From: Fidelibacterota bacterium | GTDB taxonomy: Bacteria > Fidelibacterota > Marinisomatia > Marinisomatales > TCS55 | Assembly: GCA_002730315.1 (NCBI GenBank) | Contig: PBZW01000065.1 | Coordinates: 30-64,029, forward strand | Reading direction: 5' to 3' | Length of the DNA: 64,000 nt | Part shown: in pieces, positions 30,013-39,449 of the stretch | Layout of the letters: every line of letters starts with the position of its first letter | How positions within the stretch are numbered: position 1 is the first letter of the stretch | The notes under the pieces: generated by a model | What the model was told of the DNA's origin: nothing | What the model saw: the letters and a program-made list of their open reading frames with translations, nothing else | Database searches by the model: none | Translations under genes and position numbers: made by a program

Positions 30013-31965
30013 TTATTCTTCAGCGTCAGTTGATTCTTCAGCAATTTCCTGCTGAAGTTCTTCTGGCATTTCTATCTTTTCTGAAGCCGGTGAATCTTGT
30101 TCATCCAGGAATTCTTTTACAGAATCCTTGGTTGCTTTTACACCTCCCTCAGAATACACTTCTGAAAAAAGTATGATTTTTTTATCATCCGGCTTTACTT
30201 CCATTACATTGCCTGAAACGGTATCACCTTGCTTGAGTTTTGCAGCAACTTCCTTGCGTTGCTTCTTAGGCTTTTTCCCAAATGGAATTATACCTTCAAC
30301 ATCCATATCCAATTGCAAAATGATGCCTTTGTCCAACACGCGAATGATACTTCCGCTTACTTCTTTACCAGTTTCATAATGCTTATTGATTTCTGGCCAT
30401 GGATCTTCAGTCACTTGTTTAAAACCTAAAGCAATACGACGGTTATCCCTGGAAATTTCAAGCACTTTAACTTCAACTTCCTGTTCCTTTTCCAATATCT
30501 CCTTGGGATGTCTTATAACTTTAGTCCACGATAAATCAGATACATGTACAAGTCCATCTATACCCGTTTCTAATTCAACAAAAGCACCAAATTGGGTTAG
30601 GTTATTAACTACACCTTTATGGGTTGAACCGATAACATATTTTTCTTCAATTTCATTCCAAGGATCCGGCTGAAGTTGTTTAATTCCTAAACTAATTTTA
30701 CGATCTCCTGTATCAATTGACAGCACCATTGCTTCAACTTCATCACCTAATTTATACAGTTCATTAGGATTACGAATATGACGCGTCCAGGACATTTCTG
30801 ACACATGGATCAACCCTTCCACACCGGGTTCTAATTCAACAAATGCTCCATAATTTGTCATGCTGACGATTTTTCCCTTTACTGTGGAATGGACAGGATA
30901 ATTGATTTCCACATCCTCCCAGGGATGGGGAGTCAATTGTTTTAGTCCAAGAGAAACACGCTGTTTTTCCTGATCAAAATCAATAATTTTTACAGTGAGG
31001 GAATCATCAATATCTACCACATCTGAAGGATGATTTACACGGCCCCAGGACAGGTCTGTAATATGTAGAAGCCCATCTACACCTCCAAGATCAATAAATA
31101 CACCAAAATCGGTGATATTTTTTACGCGACCTTCCAATACAGTGCCTATTTCCATTTCACTCAATAAAGCATCGCGCTGTTCTTTTAGGCTTTCTTCAAG
31201 AATAACCTTGTGTGAAACAACAATATTTTTTCGAGCTTCGTTCAGTTTTACAATGCGGACTTCAATTTCACTATCCAGTAGTGTATCAAAATCCTTAATA
31301 GGCCGTACATCAATCTGCGAGCCGGGTAAGAATCCTTGAATCCCTTCCAAATCCACAACCATTCCGCCTTTAATGCGCCTAATTATTTTACAGGTAAACG
31401 TAGTTTGATTATCAAATATTTCTTTTAAATCCTGCCAGCGGCGCATGAAATCAGCTTTTTCCTTGGAAAGAACCATATTGCCGCGACGATCTTCAAGCCT
31501 TTCAAGATATATATCAATTTGATCACCGATCCTAGGCAGTGTATCATCCGTGAATTCTTCCCTGTCAATTATTCCTTCAGATTTAAAACCGATATCAATG
31601 AGAATAACATGGTCATTCATGCCAATCACACGGCCCTTAATGACTTGGTTTTCAGATATTTCAGCTAATGAATTTTCATATTTACCCTTTAATTCTTCTG
31701 TAACATCCTCATTGATTTCAGCTTCATCCATTTCCTGTTTACTGACAGTGCGAATATCACTAAATAATTTGGGATCCAAATAATTAATATCACTTGTTCC
31801 ATTAGTAGATGATTCTACTTCAATAGATTCAGTTGTTGTTCCATCTTCTTGTGTTTCGACCTCTGGTGTTTCTTCTACCGTTGTCTCTTTTACAGCGATA
31901 TCAACACTGGCGTCCTTAACCGGGGTATCAGACGTCTGTTCTGGGGTCAGTTCTTCGTTTATCAT
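30013..31965 (-). CDS. rpsA: 30S ribosomal protein S1
   Basis: Six S1 repeats (GFLPGSQ, DGLLHITDLSW, EGLIHVSEMSW); acidic N-terminal extension; follows cmk. Confidence 0.97.
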   Translation of the reverse strand: MINEELTPEQTSDTPVKDASVDIAVKETTVEETPEVETQEDGTTTESIEVESSTNGTSDINYLDPKLFSDIRTVSKQEMDEAEINEDVTEELKGKYENSLAEISENQVIKGRVIGMNDHVILIDIGFKSEGIIDREEFTDDTLPRIGDQIDIYLERLEDRRGNMVLSKEKADFMRRWQDLKEIFDNQTTFTCKIIRRIKGGMVVDLEGIQGFLPGSQIDVRPIKDFDTLLDSEIEVRIVKLNEARKNIVVSHKVILEESLKEQRDALLSEMEIGTVLEGRVKNITDFGVFIDLGGVDGLLHITDLSWGRVNHPSDVVDIDDSLTVKIIDFDQEKQRVSLGLKQLTPHPWEDVEINYPVHSTVKGKIVSMTNYGAFVELEPGVEGLIHVSEMSWTRHIRNPNELYKLGDEVEAMVLSIDTGDRKISLGIKQLQPDPWNEIEEKYVIGSTHKGVVNNLTQFGAFVELETGIDGLVHVSDLSWTKVIRHPKEILEKEQEVEVKVLEISRDNRRIALGFKQVTEDPWPEINKHYETGKEVSGSIIRVLDKGIILQLDMDVEGIIPFGKKPKKQRKEVAAKLKQGDTVSGNVMEVKPDDKKIILFSEVYSEGGVKATKDSVKEFLDEQDSPASEKIEMPEELQQEIAEESTDAEE

Positions 31966-31999
31966 AAGGTTATTATTTCCTGTTTGTTATTTATTTTAT

Positions 32000-32656
32000 T
32001 TATGCGTTAACAATTTCAATTATCTTCGATACCTGTCCATCGATCGTTAAATCAGTTGTATCGATTTCTATGGCATCCTCAGCTTTTCTTAAAGGTGATA
32101 ATTCTCGCGTAGAGTCATAAGCATCACGGCGCTGAATATCTTCTACCAAATCCTCAATTGATTTTTTTTCACCCAAGGCCAGTAAATCCCTTTGTCTCCG
32201 TCGGGCGCGTTCTTTAACATCGCTAGTCAGAAAAAACTTGTATTTAGCTTCTGGAAAAACTACTGTTCCAATATCCCGGCCTTCCATCACACAATTTGTT
32301 TTGGAAGCGATCTCACGCTGCATCTTTACCATACTATCACGTACATTTTTTAATGCACTGACAGCACTCACATTCTCCGTTACTTCCATAGTCCGAATAT
32401 TATCGGTAACGTCTGTATTATTCATCATTATCTGGAGTTGACCATCATTGTTCACCAAATCAATCTTCAGATCATCCAAAAGTGCATTGATGTGTTTTGA
32501 ATCTGAAATGTCAGCCCCAGCATTGATCATGGCCAAAGTCACGCATCTGTACATTGCTCCAGTATCGAGATAAGTGAAACCCAATTGTTCAGCAACAATT
32601 TTTGCAGATATACTCTTGCCGGATGCAGCAGGTCCGTCGATAGCGATTATCATCAA
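32000..32656 (-). CDS. cmk: Cytidylate kinase
   Basis: IAIDGPAASGKS, YLDTGAMYR and EGRDIGTVVFP motifs. Confidence 0.97.
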   Translation of the reverse strand: MMIIAIDGPAASGKSISAKIVAEQLGFTYLDTGAMYRCVTLAMINAGADISDSKHINALLDDLKIDLVNNDGQLQIMMNNTDVTDNIRTMEVTENVSAVSALKNVRDSMVKMQREIASKTNCVMEGRDIGTVVFPEAKYKFFLTSDVKERARRRQRDLLALGEKKSIEDLVEDIQRRDAYDSTRELSPLRKAEDAIEIDTTDLTIDGQVSKIIEIVNA

Positions 32657-32677
32657 ATTACCTTCTCAAAAAGCCAG

Positions 32678-32685
32678 CAAATTTA
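32678..32685 (-). promoter_or_regulatory. TAAATTTG promoter-like element upstream of cmk
   Basis: Matches the Bacteroidota -7 consensus TAnnTTTG. The same octamer precedes three other operon heads (37130, 46091, 49381). Confidence 0.5.
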
Positions 32686-32741
32686 CTCTTTCTCCACACA
32701 TAAAACCTATATTTATAGCCATACCCATAATTAATCAAATT

Positions 32742-33443
32742 TTACTTTTTGCGAAGCTGAAGCATTTCTTTTATTGTTAATTTGCGCCAAGATCCTTCAG
32801 GAACTCCCTGCAGATTAATTGGACCATAACTGATTCTATGCAATGAAAATATTTTTCGCTTTAATACAGCCATAATTCGTCTAATCTCTCGATTTTTTCC
32901 CTGACACAATTCCAGTCTTATTAATACTCTTTTTTTAACAACTTTTTGCTGGAGGACTTTTGCCTTACCCCTCTGTCTATTACCTATAAAAATTCCACAG
33001 CGCATTTTCATTATGTCTGATTTTTCAAGGAGACGGTCAATTTCTACTTCATAAACGCGGGGGATTTTATTTTTTGGCAGCATGAGTTCTTGAGCCAATG
33101 AACCATCGTTTGTTAACAATAACAATCCTGTTGAGTTGCGGTCGAGCCTGCCAACAGTAAAAAGTCTTGGTTTCCGAGGTACCAATTCCATCACTGTTTT
33201 ACGTCCTTGGGGATCATGTGCAGTGGTGATAAATCCTTTCGGTTTGTTGAGAACCAGTACATAAGTATCTTTCTCAATCCTGACCCTGCGGCCATCAAAA
33301 AATACTTTATCATTTTCATTTACATTAAAGGCAGGATCCGTTTGTAAAATACCATTTACTGTTGTTGTTGCAGCGAGAATAAGCCTGTCTGCTTCTCGGC
33401 GAGATGCAACTCCCCCCTGGGCGAGATACTTATTTAAACGCAC
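32742..33443 (-). CDS. rluB: rRNA pseudouridine synthase (RluB/RsuA family)
   Basis: RLNKYLA..GVASRREAD S4 domain; GRLDRNSTGLLLLTNDG; GKNREIRR; follows scpB. Confidence 0.88.
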   Translation of the reverse strand: MRLNKYLAQGGVASRREADRLILAATTTVNGILQTDPAFNVNENDKVFFDGRRVRIEKDTYVLVLNKPKGFITTAHDPQGRKTVMELVPRKPRLFTVGRLDRNSTGLLLLTNDGSLAQELMLPKNKIPRVYEVEIDRLLEKSDIMKMRCGIFIGNRQRGKAKVLQQKVVKKRVLIRLELCQGKNREIRRIMAVLKRKIFSLHRISYGPINLQGVPEGSWRKLTIKEMLQLRKK

Positions 33444-33479
33444 GAATGTTTGAAGTGTCGATCAGTCAATTGATCAATA

Positions 33480-34097
33480 TTAAGCTGAAGGACTCTCTGT
33501 GGGTTGGTCTATTTCGGTAGTTGGTTTTGCCGGTTCCGGTATAAATACATCCAGCTGTTCTTTCCTGTCACCTTCAGTTAATTCGACAATTTCCTTCAAT
33601 TTTGGCATATCCGAAATGCGGTTAAGTCCAAAATACTCTAGAAATATATCAGTAGTTGCATAGAGTAAAGGACGACCAGGACCTTCATCACGACCTTTAA
33701 TCTTTACCAGATTTTTATCGAGGACTGTTTTGATAACCCCAGTGCAATCTACACCGCGAATTGCTTCAATGTCATAACGGTTAACCGGTTGTTTGTAAGC
33801 AACGATTGCAAGAGTTTCCAGCGCAGCCTGTGACAGTGACAATTTTCCAGATTTATTCAGTAATCTGCGCACCCATGTTTCATATTCAACCCGGGTAGTA
33901 ATTTGATAACCGCCTGCTATTTCTTGTATAACTAACGGCCGGTCCTCTTTTAAAAATTTTTCCTGCAATTTTGGTATAAGCAAGTTCAATTGTGGTGCGT
34001 CATCTACAAAAATAAGATTTACCCTGAATTGAGTTAAGGGTTCTGGCGCAGCAAAAAGCAATGCTTCAATAATCTGTAATTGTTCTTTTTCTGTCAT
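33480..34097 (-). CDS. scpB: Segregation and condensation protein B
   Basis: IEALLF, LSQAALETLAIVAYKQP, IEAIRGV and GRPLLYATT..FL motifs. Confidence 0.96.
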   Translation of the reverse strand: MTEKEQLQIIEALLFAAPEPLTQFRVNLIFVDDAPQLNLLIPKLQEKFLKEDRPLVIQEIAGGYQITTRVEYETWVRRLLNKSGKLSLSQAALETLAIVAYKQPVNRYDIEAIRGVDCTGVIKTVLDKNLVKIKGRDEGPGRPLLYATTDIFLEYFGLNRISDMPKLKEIVELTEGDRKEQLDVFIPEPAKPTTEIDQPTESPSA

Positions 34098-34098
34098 A

Positions 34099-34824
34099 TT
34101 ATGCTTCTGCGGAAATGAGTTGAATTTCTAGCTCACCAAACAATTCATTCTGCAAAACGGTAATCTGGTGAGAGCGAATCAATTCCAGCAAGGCCAGGAA
34201 TGTCACCACGACTGCAATTTTAGAATCTAATTGGCCGAGCAAAGTAGAAAATCGCATACGTCCGTCGCCATCAAATGAACGCATCACCAATTCTTTTTGA
34301 TCATCGAGGCGAACAGGTTCCCTCGCTAATTCATAAGATTGGATCACCGGCATATTATCCATGGCCGCCTTAAATGCACGGGCAATATCATACAAAGTTA
34401 TATCTTTAAGAATGACATTAAACTCTTCCGGAGCGTCAACAACATTGAGTGTTTTACCTGCAGGAAATACCTGGTTGCGTTCTACCACATACATTTCCAG
34501 GGTTTCTGCTGTATCCTTAAAACGGGAGTATTCTAACAATTGATTGACTAATTCCTTGCGGGGATCGTTCATTGCTTCTTCTTCATCCATTACCGATTGT
34601 GGCAGCAGCATTTTTGATTTTATGCGCATGAGTGAGGCCGCCATAACGATGAATTCACCGGCAACATTGATATTTAATTTTTTCATTTCTTCCAGGGTTT
34701 CCATGAATTCTTCAGTAATGTTTGCAATCGGGATATCATAAATATCAATTTCATCGCGGCGGATGAAATAAAGCAATAAGTCCAGGGGACCCTCAAAATT
34801 ATCTAAATGAACGCTGTAACTCAT
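34099..34824 (-). CDS. scpA: Segregation and condensation protein A
   Basis: FEGPLDLLL, IKSKMLLP and FLALLEL motifs. Confidence 0.96.
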   Translation of the reverse strand: MSYSVHLDNFEGPLDLLLYFIRRDEIDIYDIPIANITEEFMETLEEMKKLNINVAGEFIVMAASLMRIKSKMLLPQSVMDEEEAMNDPRKELVNQLLEYSRFKDTAETLEMYVVERNQVFPAGKTLNVVDAPEEFNVILKDITLYDIARAFKAAMDNMPVIQSYELAREPVRLDDQKELVMRSFDGDGRMRFSTLLGQLDSKIAVVVTFLALLELIRSHQITVLQNELFGELEIQLISAEA

Positions 34825-35792
34825 GCTTTGTAATTTAACCCCGTTACCTCTCGAACTGGAGTTAAAAATGATTCTGCAACTGCTGCTGCTTTTTCAGCAC
34901 CGTACTTTAATATTTCATAAACTTCATCGCAGTGTTGTACATAATAACTCTGTTTTTCTCTAAAGGGTTTAAAATAGTCCATAATCGTAGAAAATAATTC
35001 TGCTTTTATTGCACCATATCCCGTACCGGGAGTATTGAATTTATCAGCGAGATCAACGCGACCATTTTCATCAAGGAATAAAGAAAAAATATTGAAAAGT
35101 GCACAATCGGTATTTTTTATTTCATTAACACCGGAAGAATCTGTAACTATGGACATGACCTTTTTCTTAATCTCATTTTCCGAACCGAAGATTGGAATTG
35201 TATTTTTGTAAGATTTACTCATTTTCTGGCCATCAAGCCCGGGAACCAATTGGGTATCTTTATCAATATCCGGTTCGGGAACAACCAGGACTTCGCCAAA
35301 TGTCTGGTTAAAGCTTATGGCAATGTCCCGTGTCATTTCCAAATGCTGTTTTTGATCCTTGCCCACAGGAACAATTTCACCACCGAATAACAGGATATCC
35401 GCTGCCATGAGAATTGGATATGAAAATAAGCCCATATTTGCTTTTAAACCTTTTGCCAGCTTATCCTTATAGGACGTACCCCTTTCCATGAGTCCCACGC
35501 TGGTGACAACAGATAAAATCCATGTCAATTCAGCTACTTGAGGAACATCGCTTTGAATCCAAAAAGTGGATTTTTCAGGATCCATGCCAAGTGAAAGAAA
35601 ATCCGTTGCGGCTCTTATGGTATTTTCTTTTAACAAGGCGCCATCCTGCATGGAAGTCATGGCGTGGTAATTCACAATGAAACAGAATAAATCATTTTCT
35701 TCCTGATAATGAATCATCCTGGACATCATGCCGAAATAATTACCAAGATGGAGCTGGCCGGAAGGCTGTATACCGCTTAATACGCGTTTCAA
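34821..35792 (-). CDS. trpS: Tryptophan--tRNA ligase
   Basis: SGIQPSG..HLGNY, YPILMAADIL, VPVGKDQKQHLE and KMSKS motifs. TTG start at 35792 overlaps the HNH stop (TTGA). Confidence 0.96.
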   Translation of the reverse strand: MKRVLSGIQPSGQLHLGNYFGMMSRMIHYQEENDLFCFIVNYHAMTSMQDGALLKENTIRAATDFLSLGMDPEKSTFWIQSDVPQVAELTWILSVVTSVGLMERGTSYKDKLAKGLKANMGLFSYPILMAADILLFGGEIVPVGKDQKQHLEMTRDIAISFNQTFGEVLVVPEPDIDKDTQLVPGLDGQKMSKSYKNTIPIFGSENEIKKKVMSIVTDSSGVNEIKNTDCALFNIFSLFLDENGRVDLADKFNTPGTGYGAIKAELFSTIMDYFKPFREKQSYYVQHCDEVYEILKYGAEKAAAVAESFLTPVREVTGLNYKA

Positions 35793-36325
35793 AATGATTC
35801 CATAAATAAATACGGCCGCCATGCTGTCTGGTCATGGTTTATGAATTGCTGGAAGTAGTGGATCCTGTTGGGTTTCCTGGGCAGCCGCTTGAGGGGCATT
35901 TTTGCCTCATCCAGCGTAAGATTACCCTTTTGCTTATTGCATTGTTGACAGGCAGTCACGAGGTTATCCCAATTATCGGATCCGCCCCGTTCCTTGGGGA
36001 TAATATGATCGATGGTCATCGAGGAGAATTTGGAACCGCAATATTGGCACGTATGCTTATCCCTGATCATAATATTCTTGCGGCTCATTACCACATTCAT
36101 GCTATTATAATGTACAAAGTCCTTGAGTTTAACAATACTCGGCAAAGACAGTGTTATTGACGGGGAATGGACTTGCTGTTTATAGGTTTCCAATATGTCC
36201 ACTTTCTCCAGATATTTTAAACATATTGCCCGCCGGGCAGTACAAATCATCAATGGCGCATAATTGGTATTCAAAACCAGAACTACTTTGTTTAATAATG
36301 AACCGTTTCGATTGGGATGAATCAT
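35789..36325 (-). CDS. HNH endonuclease family protein
   Basis: VLVLN.Y.P, RD..TCQYCG, TIDHIIP..RGG and NLVTACQQCNKQKG motifs. Confidence 0.92.
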   Translation of the reverse strand: MIHPNRNGSLLNKVVLVLNTNYAPLMICTARRAICLKYLEKVDILETYKQQVHSPSITLSLPSIVKLKDFVHYNSMNVVMSRKNIMIRDKHTCQYCGSKFSSMTIDHIIPKERGGSDNWDNLVTACQQCNKQKGNLTLDEAKMPLKRLPRKPNRIHYFQQFINHDQTAWRPYLFMESF

Positions 36326-37101
36326 CAGTGTTTTACTACCCCGGCAATAGAAACTGCTTTTACAAAATAATCTTTTAATTTTTGACTAAAAGCTGCTGAA
36401 GAGGAATTTAGACTCTCATTTCTTACCCAGCCCCTGGCATTTATAAAATTGTCACCGCCTAAACTAATGGCTACATGGCTGATATCATTTTGTTCTGCAA
36501 AAAACAAAAGATCCCCTGGTTTTGCGGAAGATATATCTATTGCATCATTAAAATGTTCTCCTTGCATATATGAATCACGAGGCAAGGCAATAGCATGTGC
36601 CTTAAAAACAGTTTGTACAAAACCAGAGCAATCAAACCCTTGAGTAGATTTACCTCCCCACAAATAGGGTATGCCTAAAAATGATTGCGCGAGTCGGATT
36701 ATTGAATGACGGCTAGGAGATAAAGTTTGATCATTGAGTTCAGCTGCGCAAGCACCTTCCAGTCCATCCGGTAAAATAACAGTATACGCATTGTCATTGA
36801 GTTCTGCGTTAACCTTGCCTCCAAAATGGATGGTGCGGATATTTTGCCCTTCAGTATTGACAATGTCACCTGCATGTCCAAAAAATGAATGGGTTGTAGT
36901 ATATACATCATCCTGGATGACACCGTAAAAACCATTGGCCCATGATTCATATCCATCCCACTGCTTTATCTTATACCAATTATTTGATTGATCGATAACA
37001 GGGCATGATTCCCCCAGGAATCCCTGGGTAACCAATTCGGATTGAAATGCAGGTTCTTTGTATAGATTCATGACAGCAACATTTATGACAAAATTTGGCA
37101 T
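36325..37101 (-). CDS. SH3 plus NlpC/P60 (C40) peptidoglycan peptidase, YkfC-like
   Basis: PYLWGG, GFDCSGFV, LPRDS, PGDLLFF and SHVAI motifs. Confidence 0.9.
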   Translation of the reverse strand: MPNFVINVAVMNLYKEPAFQSELVTQGFLGESCPVIDQSNNWYKIKQWDGYESWANGFYGVIQDDVYTTTHSFFGHAGDIVNTEGQNIRTIHFGGKVNAELNDNAYTVILPDGLEGACAAELNDQTLSPSRHSIIRLAQSFLGIPYLWGGKSTQGFDCSGFVQTVFKAHAIALPRDSYMQGEHFNDAIDISSAKPGDLLFFAEQNDISHVAISLGGDNFINARGWVRNESLNSSSAAFSQKLKDYFVKAVSIAGVVKH

Positions 37102-37225
37102 ATGTATTTATTCACTTCAAATTCAACGGCAAATTTATTCAACCCTCCGTCTGAAACACAACACATCTTCGAAGAGAATTCAATCTTTGATTGCGTTATG
37201 TTTTTAAATTAATATCATGCACTTG

Positions 37226-37412
37226 TTTACATCGTTATGTCTCAGGGAAGCCTGTTAAATCCGGGCACAGTTCCCGCTACTGTAAATGTACCATGCATGA
37301 GTCAGGAACCTGGAATTTCGATGTATCCACTGATCTTCGGGACAAAGGTCATGATACGAAATGATATAAATATATTACACTTCGTGATTATGACCCCGTT
37401 TATTGACGGGGT
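37226..37412 (+). ncRNA. Compact cobalamin riboswitch (class II-like) with expression platform
   Basis: Closing helix TACATCG/CGATGTA; AGGGAA; GCCTG-TTAAATC-CGGGC; CAGT-TCCCGCT-ACTGTAA; GAGTCAGGA B12 box; L5 TCCCG complementary to L13 CGGGA; upstream of a TBDR. Confidence 0.9.
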
Positions 37413-37417
37413 ATTCT

Positions 37418-39415
37418 GTGTATAGATTCGCCCTTTGCTATACATTATTTGCATATACATTAATTGCCGCAACACTTGATGGTTTAGTCCAAAATGCCCA
37501 ACAGTTTCCCGTTTCTTTTGCTGTAATAGAGAATACGTCATCGGGCCATTGGTCTATTGCAGATGAAAATGGGCGCTTTTCAATTCAAGGCGATTCAGGT
37601 GACAGTCTTTTAATAAAGCGCTATGGATATCATGAAACGAGCCTGGTTGTAACTGATAATAATGCACTTGCAATCACCCTCCTGAAAGATCCTATTCCCT
37701 TAGGCCGAGTTGAATCAACTGCATTGCAATTATCACATATACCCTATTCAAAAACATATCAGGCTGCTCCTTTCCAAAATGGCAGTATAGCATCCTTATT
37801 TAACCAATTGTCCAATGCCCAGCTACGTACCTATGGTGGTATGGCGGGAAACACAACCATCAGCCTTGACGGCGGTCCGGGCTCCCACACAAAAGTTGTG
37901 TACGAAGGAATTGATATCACCAGCCCCCAAAATGGAGAAGCAGACATTTCTCAATTACCACCGGAAGCAATTTCCTCAATTGCTATTGCTGCACAACCCG
38001 GTGTCTTTTATGGTTCCGGAACGACGGATGGAATTATCTATCTAAAAAATAATAGTGAACAGACTTCGCTTACTATTAACAGTGGTAATTGGGGCAGAAA
38101 ATCATGGACAGCACACAGTTTTAATTCCTTTGGCAATTATAAAACGCATTTCACAATCGGGCAGAGGTCAGCTGAAGACAACTATACTGTAACCTGGCGA
38201 GATAAAAGCTTTGAGCGCCAGAATAACAGTTTTAATCAGAATTATGCAGTATCATCATATTCAGGATCAATAAATCAACGGTGGAAAACAAAAGGTGTTT
38301 TTTTATACTCGGGTCAAGATCGAGGTGTAGCCGGGTTGATATATTTTCCCAGCCTTGAGGCAAGGCGTGAAGACGAACTAATGCTTATTGGGCTTAATGT
38401 GACTTATCTATTCTCACGGGGATTTATTACAAGTGCTGTGCAGAGGCGGCAGAGTGATGAATCATACAGTGACCCTGATTATAATATTGACAGCCGCCAT
38501 AAGCTTGAAAAAAATATAATATTGGTCAAAGCCAAAACAAGTATAACTCCTGCAATCGCACTTGTTTTTCAAGGGAATTCTGAAGTAGAAAAAATAAACA
38601 GCTCCGATACAGATGCACATTCCAGGGAGAACTTTTCCACTCTTTTATCTTCAAAAATAAATGTTCAACACAACTTCACTGTACAACCGACGGTAAGAAT
38701 AGATAAAATTGGCACGGACCATCAGGCCTTAACGTACAATCTTGATCTTACCTGGCAACAGTCAGACCATCTAAAGCATATTATTTCGGCGGGCAATTCA
38801 TTCCGGGCGCCGGCATTCAATGACATGTATTGGAATCCCGGCGGAAACGCTGATCTGAAACCGGAAAAAGCATCAAAATTGATGGCTATTACTTCATGGC
38901 AAAAGGATGAGAATAATGTTGATATAACCTGCAGGTATATTGAAAGTAAAGATTTAATTCAATGGATACCAGGAACCGATAATTGGTACCCGGAAAATAT
39001 TGCTGAAACAGTTCGAAAAAGTTTAAGCACATCGGGGTCAACGTCCATTTCTTTTTTTACTATATCCGGTTTTATTACACGGCTTTGGACCCGGGATTTG
39101 CAACAGGATAAAGCATTACGCTACGTACCGGAATTGAGTGGCAATTTGTATATAAGCACGCAATTAAACAAATTGGATTTGGGTATTTCAGGGCGATACA
39201 ATAGTGCAAGGATCGCTATGTATGATTATCCGGAAGATTTAATTTTACCACCGCATTTTATTCCATCCATTTTCTTAAAAAGACATTTTAAGATTTTTAA
39301 ACGCCAATTATCATTAGGCCTTTCTGCGGATAATATTCTTGATACACAATTTGAAACAATCAATGGCTACCCGGAGCCGGGCAGATCGATCAACTTCACT
39401 TTAATCATACAATAA
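37418..39415 (+). CDS. btuB: TonB-dependent receptor, probable cobalamin transporter (BtuB-like)
   Basis: CarboxypepD-like N-terminus, plug domain (YGSG..DGII), FRAPAFNDMYW, LKPEK and GYPEPGR motifs. Substrate inferred from the riboswitch. GTG at 37418 preferred as start. Confidence 0.8.
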   Translation: MYRFALCYTLFAYTLIAATLDGLVQNAQQFPVSFAVIENTSSGHWSIADENGRFSIQGDSGDSLLIKRYGYHETSLVVTDNNALAITLLKDPIPLGRVESTALQLSHIPYSKTYQAAPFQNGSIASLFNQLSNAQLRTYGGMAGNTTISLDGGPGSHTKVVYEGIDITSPQNGEADISQLPPEAISSIAIAAQPGVFYGSGTTDGIIYLKNNSEQTSLTINSGNWGRKSWTAHSFNSFGNYKTHFTIGQRSAEDNYTVTWRDKSFERQNNSFNQNYAVSSYSGSINQRWKTKGVFLYSGQDRGVAGLIYFPSLEARREDELMLIGLNVTYLFSRGFITSAVQRRQSDESYSDPDYNIDSRHKLEKNIILVKAKTSITPAIALVFQGNSEVEKINSSDTDAHSRENFSTLLSSKINVQHNFTVQPTVRIDKIGTDHQALTYNLDLTWQQSDHLKHIISAGNSFRAPAFNDMYWNPGGNADLKPEKASKLMAITSWQKDENNVDITCRYIESKDLIQWIPGTDNWYPENIAETVRKSLSTSGSTSISFFTISGFITRLWTRDLQQDKALRYVPELSGNLYISTQLNKLDLGISGRYNSARIAMYDYPEDLILPPHFIPSIFLKRHFKIFKRQLSLGLSADNILDTQFETINGYPEPGRSINFTLIIQ

Positions 39416-39424
39416 TCAAATTGT

Positions 39425-39441
39425 AAACCTTCAGAAGGTTT
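39425..39441. terminator. Palindrome between convergent genes (bidirectional terminator or REP-like)
   Basis: AAACCTTC-A-GAAGGTTT. Confidence 0.45.
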
Positions 39442-39449
39442 GAGTCATT

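Noticed and set aside
37237-37541. ORFs 37237-37425 (+) and 37302-37541 (-)
   Set aside because: They overlap the riboswitch and the btuB start and have no protein-like features.
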